Shown in pieces: positions 24,095 through 37,051 of a DNA stretch of 64,000 nt. Below the pieces are notes generated by a model that was not told the origin of the DNA, ran no database searches, and was given only the letters and a program-made list of their open reading frames with translations. Position 1 is the first letter of the stretch. Each line of letters begins with the position of its first letter. The stretch is from contig MU619394.1 in the NCBI GenBank assembly GCA_025201805.1, positions 2,777 through 66,776 on the forward strand, in the 5' to 3' direction. A program made the position numbers and the translations under genes. This DNA comes from Parasitella parasitica NRRL 2501 (taxonomy: Eukaryota > Fungi > Mucoromycota).

Positions 24095-26188
24095 ATGAGT
24101 TTTCACGTTAATTTCACTACTCATGGGGCAAAGTTAAAGGATGCGTATGAAGCTGTTGTTAGCCAGACTAACGATACCAACTGGCTAATTTATGCCTATG
24201 ATAAAGGAACTTATGACCTTCGTGTACAACAGACTGGTGGTAAGTTATAGAAATACATTACAGCTAAATGTATGACAGCTGTGTCGAATCTCTGACATTA
24301 TCTTTAGATGGTGGGCTTGAAGAACTAAACGACGAGTTCTCGGATGGAAAGGTTCAGTTTGCCTACACAAAGGTGATTGATCCAAATACTGAGCTTCCTA
24401 AATTTGTGTTTATCGGATGGGTATTATTGAATTACGGTAACTTTTCTTGATTATGCCAAGCTAATGTGTTCTCTTAGTGTGGTAGCGGCGTACCAGAATC
24501 AAGAAAGGCTTTCTTCAACTCTCAGCTTGGTGAAGTTTCCAAATTTTTCAAAGTAAGTAGCTTTACAAAGTATGAATGACATTTAGTCTAAATATTACGT
24601 AGAGCTTCCATGTTCAAATTAATGCTCGTGATGAAGTAAGGAAGCAGAAGGAGCTGTATGCACAATACCGACATTTCGTTTTTCTTACTAGGCCGATGTC
24701 GATCCAGAACTTATCATGAAGCGTGTTGCCGAGTCTTCAGGCGCTAACTACAGTGTTCATAAGGAAAGCGCAAAACCTCAATCTAGAGTGACACCTGTTG
24801 TAAATGAAGAACAATCCCAGCTCTATTACTTTTTTACTCACATTTAGATGTAGGGCTCTGTATACAAAAAGACCGAGATCCCCAACATTGCTGCCATGCA
24901 ACGTGAATCCATGACCAAAGAAAATGCACCAAAACCTGTGGGCACCAACTACATGCCTGTTCAAACTGCACCAAAAAAACTAGAGCAGCGCTGGAATGCT
25001 GCTCAAAACCAAGATTCTGGTGCTAGTGCTGTACGTGCAGAACGCGAGAGATTTGAAAAGGAAGTTCGTGATCGTGAAATTCAAAAAGCTAGACAAGTAC
25101 AGCCACAGCGTCAACAAGAGGATGACGATGACAGATTACGAGCTGAAGCTGAAGCTGCTGCAAAACGTGAAAGAGAGGATGCTGACAGAAGAAGAATGGA
25201 ACAAGAGGCCGAGCATAGACGTATTCGTGAACAAGAAGGTGAAATGGCTCGTCAAAGAGAAGAAGAGGATCGTCAGCGACGCCAACAAGAGGAAGAATAT
25301 CATCGCCGCCAAGCAGAGCAAGAGGAGAGTGCTAAACGTGCGCAACAGCAGCAGAAAGAGCAAGAAGAAAGACGTAGACAAGAGCAAGAGCAAGAACAAG
25401 AACAAGAGAGACGGCGTTTCGAGGCTGAAAAGGCAGAGAACGAACGCCGTGAAGCTGCTGAACATCAGCGTCAACAGCAGCAAGAGGCCGAACGTCAGCG
25501 TCAACAGCAAGAAGAGGAAGAGCGTCAAAGACAAGAAGCAGAAGCTCTTCAATCCCAGTTGAATAACGTAAGAGCATCGAGCTTAAACAAGACAAACATG
25601 GGTTTAACATACTGATAGACTGCTGAGCGTGCTGTCCATGCATCGCAAACAGCAGCAGCAGCGGCTGTTGCTTCTTCTGGCCTTCAACAAGGTATATCTG
25701 CTGTTGTCCTATTTGAATATGATGCGAGTAAGTACAATATTGCGTTACATGAGATGTTTTGATACTAAAATCCTGAAGGCGAGACAAACGAAATGTCTCT
25801 TTTGGAAGGAGAGGTTATTACCCAAATTGACCAAGTGGATGAAGGTTGGTGGTTTGGTGTAAGTGAAGATGGCCAAAAGCAAGGCCTCTTCCCTGCCAAT
25901 TATGTTCAAATTGTGGAGCAAGAGGAACCTGCGACAGCAGAAATTCCTGCTCCACCACCGCCACCACCAGTACCTGTTCATCCTGAAGAACCTCAACAAC
26001 AAAGCCAAGGGGGCGTTGCTGTTGCACTCTACGATTATGCAGCAGAGGAGGATAATGAAATCTCCTTTGCTGAAGGCGATACTATTACAAGCATTGAGTT
26101 TGTTAGCGAAGACTGGTGGCAAGGCTTATCTGCTGATGGTAAAAGTAATGGCTTATTCCCTGCTAATTACGTCGAATTGAAGCAATAA
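24095..26188 (+). CDS. ABP1: Actin-binding protein Abp1/drebrin-like (ADF-H, charged helix, two SH3 domains)
   Basis: ADF-H: TNWLIYAYDKGTYDLRVQQTG, GGLEELNDEFSDGKVQFAY, KFVFIGWCGSG. SH3 domains: EGWWFG...GLFPANYV and ALYDYAAEEDNEISF...GLFPANYVEL. Confidence 0.93.
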
Positions 26189-26637
26189 AAAGCTTTTTGA
26201 GATGATTATTTTTTCTCGCTTTGGCTAATGGAGTAAAATCCAATTCTCGCATATGGCACTCTACATTCATGGAATGATTTTTTTTTTTTATAATAACAAA
26301 TCACAAAGTTTGGAGATTCAGTACTAGGTGTGCGCCATAATCCTGATAGGATAACTCGTTGATGGGTGTCTTTTATTATCTGATTGTATTGCAGAAGAGA
26401 AAGAGGATAAATAGCATATGTAGTGGTTTCTGAAATCAGGTACGCCATATCCACACATGTACAATCACTGTGGGAAATAAGCAAATATCACGTACCGGCA
26501 CACAGCTGGGGAACTTCATATGCAAATAGATATGTAATCCCAATTCATTTACTTTTGGCTTTATCCACTTGTTTGGCTTTTTCCATTAAAAAGAAGCTTC
26601 TACATTTTATTTTCTTCTTTTCAGTATATTATACAAT

Positions 26638-27865
26638 ATGCCCAAAGGATTCACAGTTGACGTATCAAAGGCTGCTGGCCACGTTTATCCTGCAGAAACT
26701 GTACGTTTCCGTATTCTAACATGAAAGGAAGAACTATGCGACTAAACATATATTCAGGTAGCATGCACACGTCGCGATTTCTTGCTGTACGCTTTATCTG
26801 TTGGTGTACCTGAAGATGATCTTCAATGGCTTTATGAACTCGGTAAAGCTTTACATTTTTGCATATATTTTTTTTTCTTGAAATAAAAAAAAACGGCTGT
26901 TGATTAACCTTGTTTTAACAGATATCGATTTTGGACCGCTTCCTACATATCCTCTTTGCCTTTTGCTAAAGGGAGATGACTGGGATGTCAATTCATTTAT
27001 GGAAAGATGGACTTCGGGCGGTCCTTTACCTGGCGTACCAAGCTATGATTTCAATAAAATAGTCCACGGAGAACAATCTTTCGAAGCATTGCGTCCTTTC
27101 CCTGCCGAAGGTGGTCGTTTCAAGTCTGTCAAGTCCTGCGTTGGTGTGTACGACAAGGGATCCGGCATGGTGATCGATTCAGTTGTTGACTTGTATGGCG
27201 AGGAAGATGGTGTGCATTATTGCCGTATGGGCACAAAGATGTTTGTTAGAGGATATGGCGGCTGGAACGTAAATGCGACAACTGTGTACAATGCAGTACG
27301 TTTATTTTTGACTAATTCTTGGTAAATCATACTTAGGGCCCTAAAGGTCCCAAGTCAATCACTTATAACCCTCCTCAACGTAAGCCTGATGTAATTGATA
27401 CGTTCAAAACAGCACCGAATCAGGCACTTTTATATCGCTTATCTGGGTATGTGTATTATTAAATATAATCAAGATCAATCCCTCACTAAAAAGCCCACAC
27501 ACACACACACACACATCGCATACAGTGATTTCAATCCATTGCATGCAGATGTTAATTTAGCGCCTAAAGTCGGCTTCTCTAAACCCATCTTGCATGGTCT
27601 CTGCTCTTATGGTAAATGTGGACATGCTGTTGTCAAGCATTTTGGGGACAACGATCGCACTCGCTTCAAGTCCATTGAAGCAAGATTTGCACAGCCCGTC
27701 TTTCCAGGCGAGACGGTCGAGGTTTTGATGTGGAAAACAGCTACAAGCAATCCCAAGCTAGACGCTGTCACCTTTCAAGCTCGTGTCAAGGAGAGAAATG
27801 CTTTAGTTTTGACTAACGGATATGCTACTCTTTACAAAAAAGATGCAAACACTGCCAGATTGTAA
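26638..27865 (+). CDS. MaoC/HotDog-fold peroxisomal 2-enoyl-CoA hydratase 2-like dehydratase
   Basis: IVHGEQS, VYDKGSG, and the hydratase-2 motif YRLSGDFNPLHAD...GFSKPILHGLCSYG. C-terminal -ARL is PTS1-like. Confidence 0.9.
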
Positions 27866-27941
27866 TTCGCTTTTTCTAAAATGCCATGTATTTTATTTGA
27901 AAAAAAAAAAAAGGGTCTATACAACGTACAATATAGTAAAG

Positions 27942-30900
27942 TTACTGGTGTCCTTTGAAACTGGCTTCTGCAATGCTCAAAAGTTCAGAGTATTCCCCAC
28001 TTCTTTCGCACATTTGCTGGAAAATGCTGCCATCTCTTGTCATGAGTTCATAAGGCGTGCCAAATTCTTTCACTTGGCCTTGATCCAAGACCAGAATACG
28101 ATCATAATCGGCCACAGTGCGGATGCGATGAGCAATGCAAAGTAAGGTGGAATCAGTAAACTCTTTTCTAATTGTTTCTTGGATCTGTTGATCAGTATCA
28201 AAGTCAACAGAGGAGGTAGCTTCGTCTAAAACGATCAATGAGGTCTTCTTGACAAGCGCTCTCGCCAATGCAATGAGTTGTCGTTGCCCCTGTGACCAGT
28301 TACTACCAGAGCTAGTGACTACAGAGTCTAATGTAATGATTCTTTCTGTATTGACTAACGATGACGAAGGTGATGGACTAGCAGATTGATTATGATGGCC
28401 TTGCTGTTGGTGCTGTTGGCCGTCAATGAGATGTGATCGTTTCAGCGCAGCCCACAGAACAGCGTCATCATACTGGCCAAATGGGTCCAAGTTGCTTCGC
28501 AGTGTGCCAGAAAAAAGCACAGGGTCTTGGGGGATGATGGTTAATCGTGACCTTAGATCATTCAGACCAATTGTATGAATGTCAACGCCATCGATGCAGA
28601 TTTGACCAGACGTTGGTTCCATAAAACGGAACAGAGACATGGCCAGGGTTGATTTTCCAGAGCCCGTGCGTCCAACAATTCCAATCTTCTCTCTGGGTCT
28701 AGTTTCAAAGGAGATATCGCAAAGAACGGCTGGTGTGTCAGGAGCATATTTCATGACTAGATTTTTGACTTGAACAGTGCCTAATTCAGGCCATGAAATC
28801 CTAGGCGAAGTTTCGGGAATATAGGCAGGAGGCTCTTCTTCAATATCAAGATATTCATGGATACGTTCAATGGCATTCATATTCATCTCGTTGAAAGCAT
28901 ACATACGCACAACCCAAAGCACATGTTGAGTAAATGTGAGTGAATAACTAAGAGAAAGGCCAGCTAAACCAGGATTAACCCAGTCTCTGGAGCTTACAAG
29001 CACAGCACCTGTACAAAAACTGACAAAGGCGCCCAAAACGTCGACACGGCAATGAAGCCAGCGGTTGGTAGCCCACATCCATAGGAACGGCCGGTTGTTG
29101 GCATCGATACGTTTGTAGTTTTCTTCAGTGAACCGACGTTGACAGCCGAAGGCTCGAATAGTTGCAACACCCAGCACTGTTTCGTTGAACTGCACATAGA
29201 TTGGACTACGCGATACAGCATTAAGACGCTTCATATCTCGAGAAGTCTTTAGATAATAAATGCCTACAGATCTAAACATCATTGCAACAAAAAAGCCAGG
29301 AACAATGAATGCAGGAGTAATGACAGACACCAATACAATGACATAGATAGTTGCAATAACCGAGTACAAAAGAAAAGAAAGGGATGGCGCAACTGCTTGA
29401 TCCACTGTCTCTAAATCAGAGGAGAATCTGTTTACAATACGGCCTAGTGGTGTTACATCGAAGAAACGAACTTTGGCACGAAGAATGCGGTCGAGCAATT
29501 CAGAATGGATTTTACGAGAAGCTTTGAGAGAGCCGAGGAAAAGAACAAGAGATCTTGTAGTAGTAAGACCAAGGGATAGCATGCCAATCAGAAAGTAGAC
29601 ACCGAGATAATATGCTACATTTACTGCACTGCCATCTTTTATCTCTTGAGCAAAGGCCTTGACGGATTGAGGGGCCACATAGTGGAGCTTGTTGGCTAAT
29701 TCTAGCTGACCCACACTGCCAGCATGTCCTATGTACGAAAATGCTGTAAAAATGCTCTTCTCGCTTCCACTGTACGCCGCTGCACTTTGAGATGTCACTG
29801 TGCCATTGGAAATATTGTCGTACGCTGCAGACCAAACTTTGATCCAGTAATCCTGTCCCAGTACGGATGCCTGGGCACAGCAAAACAGCACTACAACGCA
29901 AGCCCAAAAAATGAACCCACCAGAAGCATAATAGTAGGTGCCATACACGGCCCATTTAACGCTTCCTTCTGCACGAGTCTCTTCTTTTACCAACTTTCCA
30001 GCACCATTAAGAGCAGATGCATCATTTTGTGAGCTAATCTTTCTAGGGACAATAGGGATGGGACCATCAGTAGCAGCTTCTTCATTAGCATCAATCTGCT
30101 CCATGTAGCTTTCTTGTGAGAACTCGTTGCCCAAGGCACCCGATTTAACAACATCTAATGGCTTGCCTGCAGCTGCTACAGACCCGGATTCTTCGAGGGC
30201 AACTATGTAACCAGCACCGCGGATACAAAGACCAACATGGTGCGTGACTAAAATGACGGTGCGGTAACGCATATATTCGCCCATCAAGCAATGTTCATAC
30301 AGATGTTTGGCAGTATGCGCATCAACTGCGCTAAGACAATCATCTAGAATCACAATGTCTGCTTGAGAATACACTGCTCTTGCAATAGCGACTCTACAAA
30401 CATGTTATTAGAAACAGTACGTGCGCACCCTCAACTAAAAACGAGTACTACATACCTTTGCTTTTGCCCACCACTTAAAGTAACGCCCTTTTCTCCAACT
30501 TCTGTCGAATCTCCAAACTCCAAAATCTCGAGGTCTCTTGTCAAAGCCGTCATGTACAGAATATTATCATATTTTTCCTTGTCATAAGGTAGACCAAACA
30601 AGATGTTGTCTCTGATGCTACAGTTTTGAAGCCATGCTGTCTGTGCTACATACGCGATACCAGAAACAGCACCACCGACAGCAAAAGGTACAGACGCAGA
30701 CGTGGCGTCTTTTCTCGGCAATATAGCAGCGCCTGACAGACAATAGGTCTCGCCCAGCAGACTAAGCAAAAGAGTAGTCTTACCTGAGCCAGTAGGGCCA
30801 CATACAATAGACATTTGGTTCAAGGGGAATGACAAATTGAGGTTCTTGATTTGGGGAGTTGATGGCTCCCCACTCTTTGATGAGCTCCAACTGAAGCTAG

Positions 30901-33083
30901 CATTGTCGACGAAACCAATACGGGTGCTTGATGTTGTATTAGGGGCAGGTAGCTTGACCTCCTCCTCCTTCAAGAAGGCTTGGATACGGCTTAAAGACAC
31001 ATTTGCTTGCAAAAGAAAAGAAGTAATGATAGGAAGTTCATCCAATGTAGTTTTGAAATTGTTGAACAGCGCAAGAGCAGTGAATGCAGTAGATGCAGTC
31101 AAGATGTAGACTCGAGTATAAGCGTAAAAGACAGCAACCATGATCAAGACAGGGATGATAAACCAGACGTTACCGATCCACATGTAGCTCATTAAACGGG
31201 CACGAATGACCTTGAGTTCAGTATCTCTTGCTTCCATGATGCGAGCACGGAATTGCTTCTCCCAAGCGAAAAACTTGACGATGCGGATAGCAGACAGCAG
31301 CTCATTGACGAGACTGATGCGTTTGTCCGTGCATTTCATTGCAGCATGTTGCATTCTTTGAAAATGCCTGCTCAGCGCAAACGTTACAGGTTGAGACAGA
31401 CAAATAATTAAAACGCCCCAAAGAGAGGCACTGCCCAACAGTTTGTACAGACTCCAGATACAAATGGTGATTTGGATGGGAAAACAGTAAATGTAGAAGA
31501 TATAAGCCATTAGATCACCTAATTTCTGAGCGTCCACCGATAGTAAATTGTTGACATTGGCTTTTGGTTTATCCAGTGCAACACTGTTTGCCTTGCTGCT
31601 GTTACCTTCTTCGTCTCGGCGTCTCAATGATTTGCTGTAGACTTCACCGATAACAATAGACTGGATCTGAATACCAAGAGATCTGCCAATGTACAGAGCT
31701 TGCTGGTAACACAACGAGTGGCCACAAGATGTCAAAAACAAGCAGGAGACATAGATAAAGGCCGACGACACAGTTTCATCTTGTTTACCATGCTCAATAA
31801 ACTTGATTATCTTGTTTAAAAAGTAGGGAGGACCAAACATAAGCACAGACCATGCAAGGCAGTAAAAGAATTGAATGGTTAATGGTCTTTTGAACGTGGA
31901 AAAAAATTTCAACAGCATTGTAGCTTTCTTTTGAAGTCGGTAACGTTTCAACGTGTTTTTAGCTCTTTTCTCGGGAGTCACTTCAAACAAATCGTTGTCG
32001 TTCAATGTTTTGCGGTTGCCCTTTTCCATCATCGGGTTCACCCAAGAGAACATGAACCGCGAATAAAATGAAGCCCAATTTTCACCAGACATGACACGCC
32101 CCTATTTTTGGTTTTTAGATTGCATGGATTACAATGAGTAAAAGATACCAGGACTTACCGTATCTGTAATTATAGGGCTTGCAGGAGCACAGCGGCTTTC
32201 ATTTGAAACAGCCACTAATAGCACCAATGTGATGGTCCCATACATTACTTCATGTTGATATCGTTGGCTCATCTCCAAAATATCATGCACCTGATAATAT
32301 GCCGTGATATTCACTAATTGAACTATAAAATCTAGTATATAAAGGTAGTTTAAATGCGTGCAGATGCTGTTAGAAAGTGATTTTCCGCCGATTGAAAGTG
32401 ATAGACAGATATTGAGTAGAGCAAGAACAGCAGCATATGTCTATGGTATATGACTATTAATCAAACATAAAGCTACGCATAGTATCAGGAACCAAATTTA
32501 CCCAGAATATAATGCGTGCATAATACATGTGCAGCAAATCAGTATATCTCCCTTCAACAACTACATCCATATTTGATTTATCTAATGATAGAGCCATATA
32601 AACAAGACATCCTAATTGCAGGCCTGACAAAAACAACCGCGTCCAGTTGTACGCTGACCATGGCTCACTCAACAATAGCTCAACAGATACAACCGTACTT
32701 GAGGTACTAACATCATCATTGCTTTCTTCGTTGTTGGATGTAGATGATGTGGACGCCGCTCCATAGATTGCATTTGTTTTTTGATTGATTGGCTTATACA
32801 GTGCTGTGTTTTCATTTCTACGAGCTTTAGTGGTTTCAAAGACCAACATAATGCAAGATACCACCACTAGAGCACTTGGCAGTATCGTATTGAGATATCT
32901 ACGCACAAAATTTAAAACACTACCCAATTCTCTCTTCTTTTATACATATGTACCTTTCTCTAATACATGGTGTCAAAAAAAGACCGCCCTATATGGTTAG
33001 CAATAAAAAAATTCACATGATCAATTTCACTTCAACTCCAACACCTTGACTCAAGCCCTTACCCAAAAGTCGCAATCCTCCAT
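27942..33083 (-). CDS. ABCC/MRP-type ABC transporter (Ybt1/Ycf1-like), multi-exon
   Basis: Two TMD-NBD halves: GPTGSGKT with LSGGQKQR, and GRTGSGKS with WSQGQRQL and LDEATSS. The 5' exons MEDCDFW|GGLFLTPCIRER|YLNTIL put the ATG at 33083. Confidence 0.95.
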
Positions 33084-33408
33084 TTTGGTTGTAAACTAAA
33101 ACAAGAAAAGACAAGGCTATTGTATATACAATGCGCCAAGATTCTAAAGAGATTTATGTAAGAAAGAAAGGAGGTACAAGTTGCTTTGAAAGGACCCAAT
33201 TTATGAAACTTTTCGCAAAAAGGGAGTTTGTTCCAAATGTAGATTTTATTGCTTGTCATGAATATCGGGTTAATGTTTTCACCCCAGATTTTTTACTTGC
33301 TACTTAAAGAAAAACTTGAGTAAAAAGAAAATAATGGTTAGGATATTGACTTAAGTTTAGAATGTATATATACTTACATCTGTAAGGAGTATGAGAGAGT
33401 TATATCAA

Positions 33409-34958
33409 TCATACGGGCGAGGTGTGTCGCTTAAATATGTCTGGACGCTCGTTATTATTGAATACAGCGAAGAGAAAGATGTCCAATATGTTATTTGCGG
33501 CCATTATGTCGCGATTCCATACCGTATTACAAGTGTTTTGCTGACACTGCAATACGGCATGTACTCTTCGCACTGACTTGGCCGTTGTAACATTTTCCAA
33601 ATTGCGTTCTTTACAGATGTTGCAAACTTGGCTTGTTAGGTACTCGTCTATCAAGCATATATCTAACGTCTCCCCACAGCGCTTCCTCAATGATTCCTTG
33701 ATACGTCTTACTGGTGCTGATTTATTCCCTCGAAGACTCCCATCATTGAACATCGCATTTCCTAGGGTGAGAATTGTTTTACGAGGTTTGATATAATGAT
33801 CAATCGGTGTAGGTGGAATATAACTAGTTTTTTGTTTCTTTTCTGTCATTCTTGACTTTTCACCGTATTTAGCGCTTCCATATGTAAGTCGTCGGCAGAT
33901 TTCTTCTATGCATTTTTGTTTTTTTATGTCACATTTGAACTTAAGCTTGGAAGAACTAGAGTCGAACGTATTAGTAAAAGGTAAATAAATTTAATGTTGA
34001 GCGCTTACCGATCATCGCTGTCATAATATTTTTTGATATCATCGTATAGATCAAATCGTTCTTTACATGCTTTTACAAAATCTTCTAAGTTAGTTGTCTT
34101 GAATGAGCTTAAAGTGGAAATTTTCTGATATTCGTTCATGTACTGTTTCTTATGCTGCTCTCTTTGTGTGCTAGCAACATTAAAGCCACAAAGGTGGTAG
34201 TACTCTTTTAAGCTTGTTGTTCTTTCTCTTCCTAATTGGTCGACAGCTGTTGTAATATCACGAATTCCCGGATCGATAGCAAAAATCTGGCAGCCAAGTT
34301 GAATATCATTAATAAAGTCTGAGGGTTGCTTTTCAACATAGCCTTCGTTTTTCTTCTTTACAGCACGAATAAAATGGAAAAAAAACTGAATAGCCATCTG
34401 TGGTAATCACATTACTAATACAAGGACAGTGCTATTTCTCAACAAAATCAAAGAAGCTTACTTGAAACGTTTTTTGCCCGTCGACAGACTTTCTCTTGTT
34501 CGAAATCCAAGCTTAGAAAAACGGAAAAGATTATGATGGGCATCTGTTAGCTCGGTTTCTGTCTTTTTGCCTGACCGATATCATGGTACGTCGGATTGTT
34601 TAACCAACCTCCACAGTGCTTGGGCTTCTATTTGTATTGCTTTGCTCTGTACAGTATAAACAGGAGCGATTGTGAAAAAGCGATAACCTCTAGGATCAGT
34701 ATATTTGGCCGGGAAAAATGTTCCATCGTCAATCCGTGCTTTGACGGTATCTATAAAGTGCTGGATAATTGAAATCTGCTGTGCAGTGAGTAAGGATAAT
34801 TTTCTCCCTGATACAAAAGTCTCATTCGAGTTAATCGACTGCAGAACTTGCTCTTGTAAAGATGGGAATTGCTTTCTGCTCAAAGTTTGAATGAATTGAA
34901 TTTCTTGAAGTTTTCGATATACATAGCCTTTACTAGCAACTTTTGACGGTGAAAAAAT
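33409..34958 (-). pseudogene. Fanzor (eukaryotic TnpB/Cas12-like RNA-guided RuvC nuclease), two introns, apparently disrupted and 5'-truncated
   Basis: RuvC-I FAIDPGIRD (D at 34272-34274), RuvC-II IDEYLTSQVCNIC (E at 33643-33645), Zn finger CNIC...CQQNTC, RuvC-III WNRDIMAANNI (D at 33508-33510). Upstream motifs PRGYRFFTIAP and ITTDGYSV. Introns 34415-34461 and 33956-34008. In-frame TGA at 34581-34583 and +1 shift in T8 at 34378-34385. Confidence 0.88.
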
Positions 34959-37051
34959 TCAATTTCAAGTGAATGATAAAGGTCATGGTGATTTTGATGA
35001 CATGTATTAGGGTTTTTGATAACAAACCTTTTATTTCTGATAAAAGCTGAGAAGTTTCTGAGAGAAGAGAAATGTCTCTCGAAGAATATTTCAAGTAGTA
35101 TTTCTATTTTAGATTAAAAATGCCCAAGAATAGGGAACGTCTTGAAATAATATGCGAGATTGCGACGCCCTAATTATTTTATTTTTGATCAAACAGCCAT
35201 TGTGCAAGAACGATAGGTATTTTTAAATGAATGACTATTTGGGTTTTTTAATAACCATTTTTCAATACAATGAAAAGACTTTAGCGACACTGACGACATG
35301 AACTTCAGATACCTGTAACTGAACAATCACAAACGGATCACAATACAGAATTGTTTGAATTTCATAATTGATAAATTAATTCAGATATATCTGTTATTGG
35401 ACATCTAAATAAGCCTAAATATTCAGACAAGTCATTGGTTTTTAAAATAAAAAATGGTTAAACCACAAAACCTTCAAAGTATCAAACAGTATATATTAAT
35501 GCATGTACTCCTCAAATTATGCATTTACACAATGGAAAATCATAACAGATTCTGCAAACGACAATCTCTATTTTTTTAACTTCATACCTATTATCATTTT
35601 GTGTTACATCTGTTACGTTAGGTCAGCATATTGAATATCAAAGAAAGAATATACTGTCAGGACTAGTTATAACAAAAATGTGTTTGGTATAGCGAATTAT
35701 CCCTTAATGAAAATTTGATACTTAAAAGTACAGTGCCTGGGACCTGGAATCTACAAGAAGCTTATTATGAAGCTTAACTTTTGATAGTAAAACTACCTCG
35801 AACTCAATCTTAACTTCTATTTTACTTTCTATTTTACATGTTTAGCATTATAATCACAAAAAAGGGAACTCTTGAACTGGCACCAAGCATTATTATAAGC
35901 AACAATGGTAATAGAGCTTCTCTGCCACTAGTAATTTATAAATTTTGAATTATTCACATACAACAAGGGGTAACTACAGCAAAGTATTCATTAATTATCC
36001 TCTTCCGCTTCCAACTCGATGGGTCACACCTGTTTTATCATATTACTATGAAGAAAAGTATACTTGCGGTATCAAAAATACCCACTTTATAGAGCTATGT
36101 CAAATACTAGAATTAATATTAACGTAATATCCTCTCCAGACACATGTTTTTTACTGCTTAAAAACAAGAACTTTAGTTTTGTGTGTCATTTTTTGATTGA
36201 TTTTGATAATCAAAAGTGTCCTGAAAACACCAGAAATAGTATCTATTGGGAAAAAACTATATTATATATGATTTTGGTGCAATTTGAGCATGATTTTTTT
36301 TTCGATGCAAAATCATGAATTTTTTCGATTTTTTCCTTGTATCCACACATCAAAAATCATCAATTATGCATTATCCTCGATTTTGACCTCAAAAATGCAA
36401 CTTTTGACTATGACATATATTGGAGGAAAAGGATCGTAAAAGACCATTCCATGATCTGAAAGACTGGCAATGCGTTTTGATTAAGCAAAATATTGACTTT
36501 TTCCTCTTAATCTGTTTTTGATGTTTTTTGGCAGAAATCCTTCTATAAGCATACGGGAATCATGAAATGGTACCATTGTGTAGAGCGCCCAAAAATACAG
36601 CTATTATCATAGACTGACAGCCGTGGTATGTATAGTATCAGAGGATGATATCTTGCCTTAAAGAAGTAATTTTGTTTTCTGATTGTACAAATGGAGTTTC
36701 TGAAAGAACTTTTCTTTTCTGATTTTGGATGCGTTTAATCTCCGCCATCAAACAAAATTGGTGTAATTTTTAAAGAAAGCGTTAGCTTTGAGAAGCCACA
36801 GCTTATCCAATTTAAGAGAGAAACAATTGAAGCCTAGTTTATTTAAATTGTGTACTTCGTGGCTTTCTAATGGTAGCACTCGCATGTCTGTACCTGGCCA
36901 GACGATCTCACGCTCCGACTTTGAAAAATACTTTTCCAAAAAAGTCGTTCCTTTCATCTGATGTCAACTTGAAAAGTACAAAAACTTGCTCTAGGCTATG
37001 CAAAAGTTTGATCAAAAGGTGCCTTATAGTCTAATGCATTACTTTGAATTA

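Noticed and set aside
24996-25787. K/N/V-rich and F/L/S-rich ORFs overlapping ABP1
   Set aside because: Alternative frames of the low-complexity E/R/Q segment.
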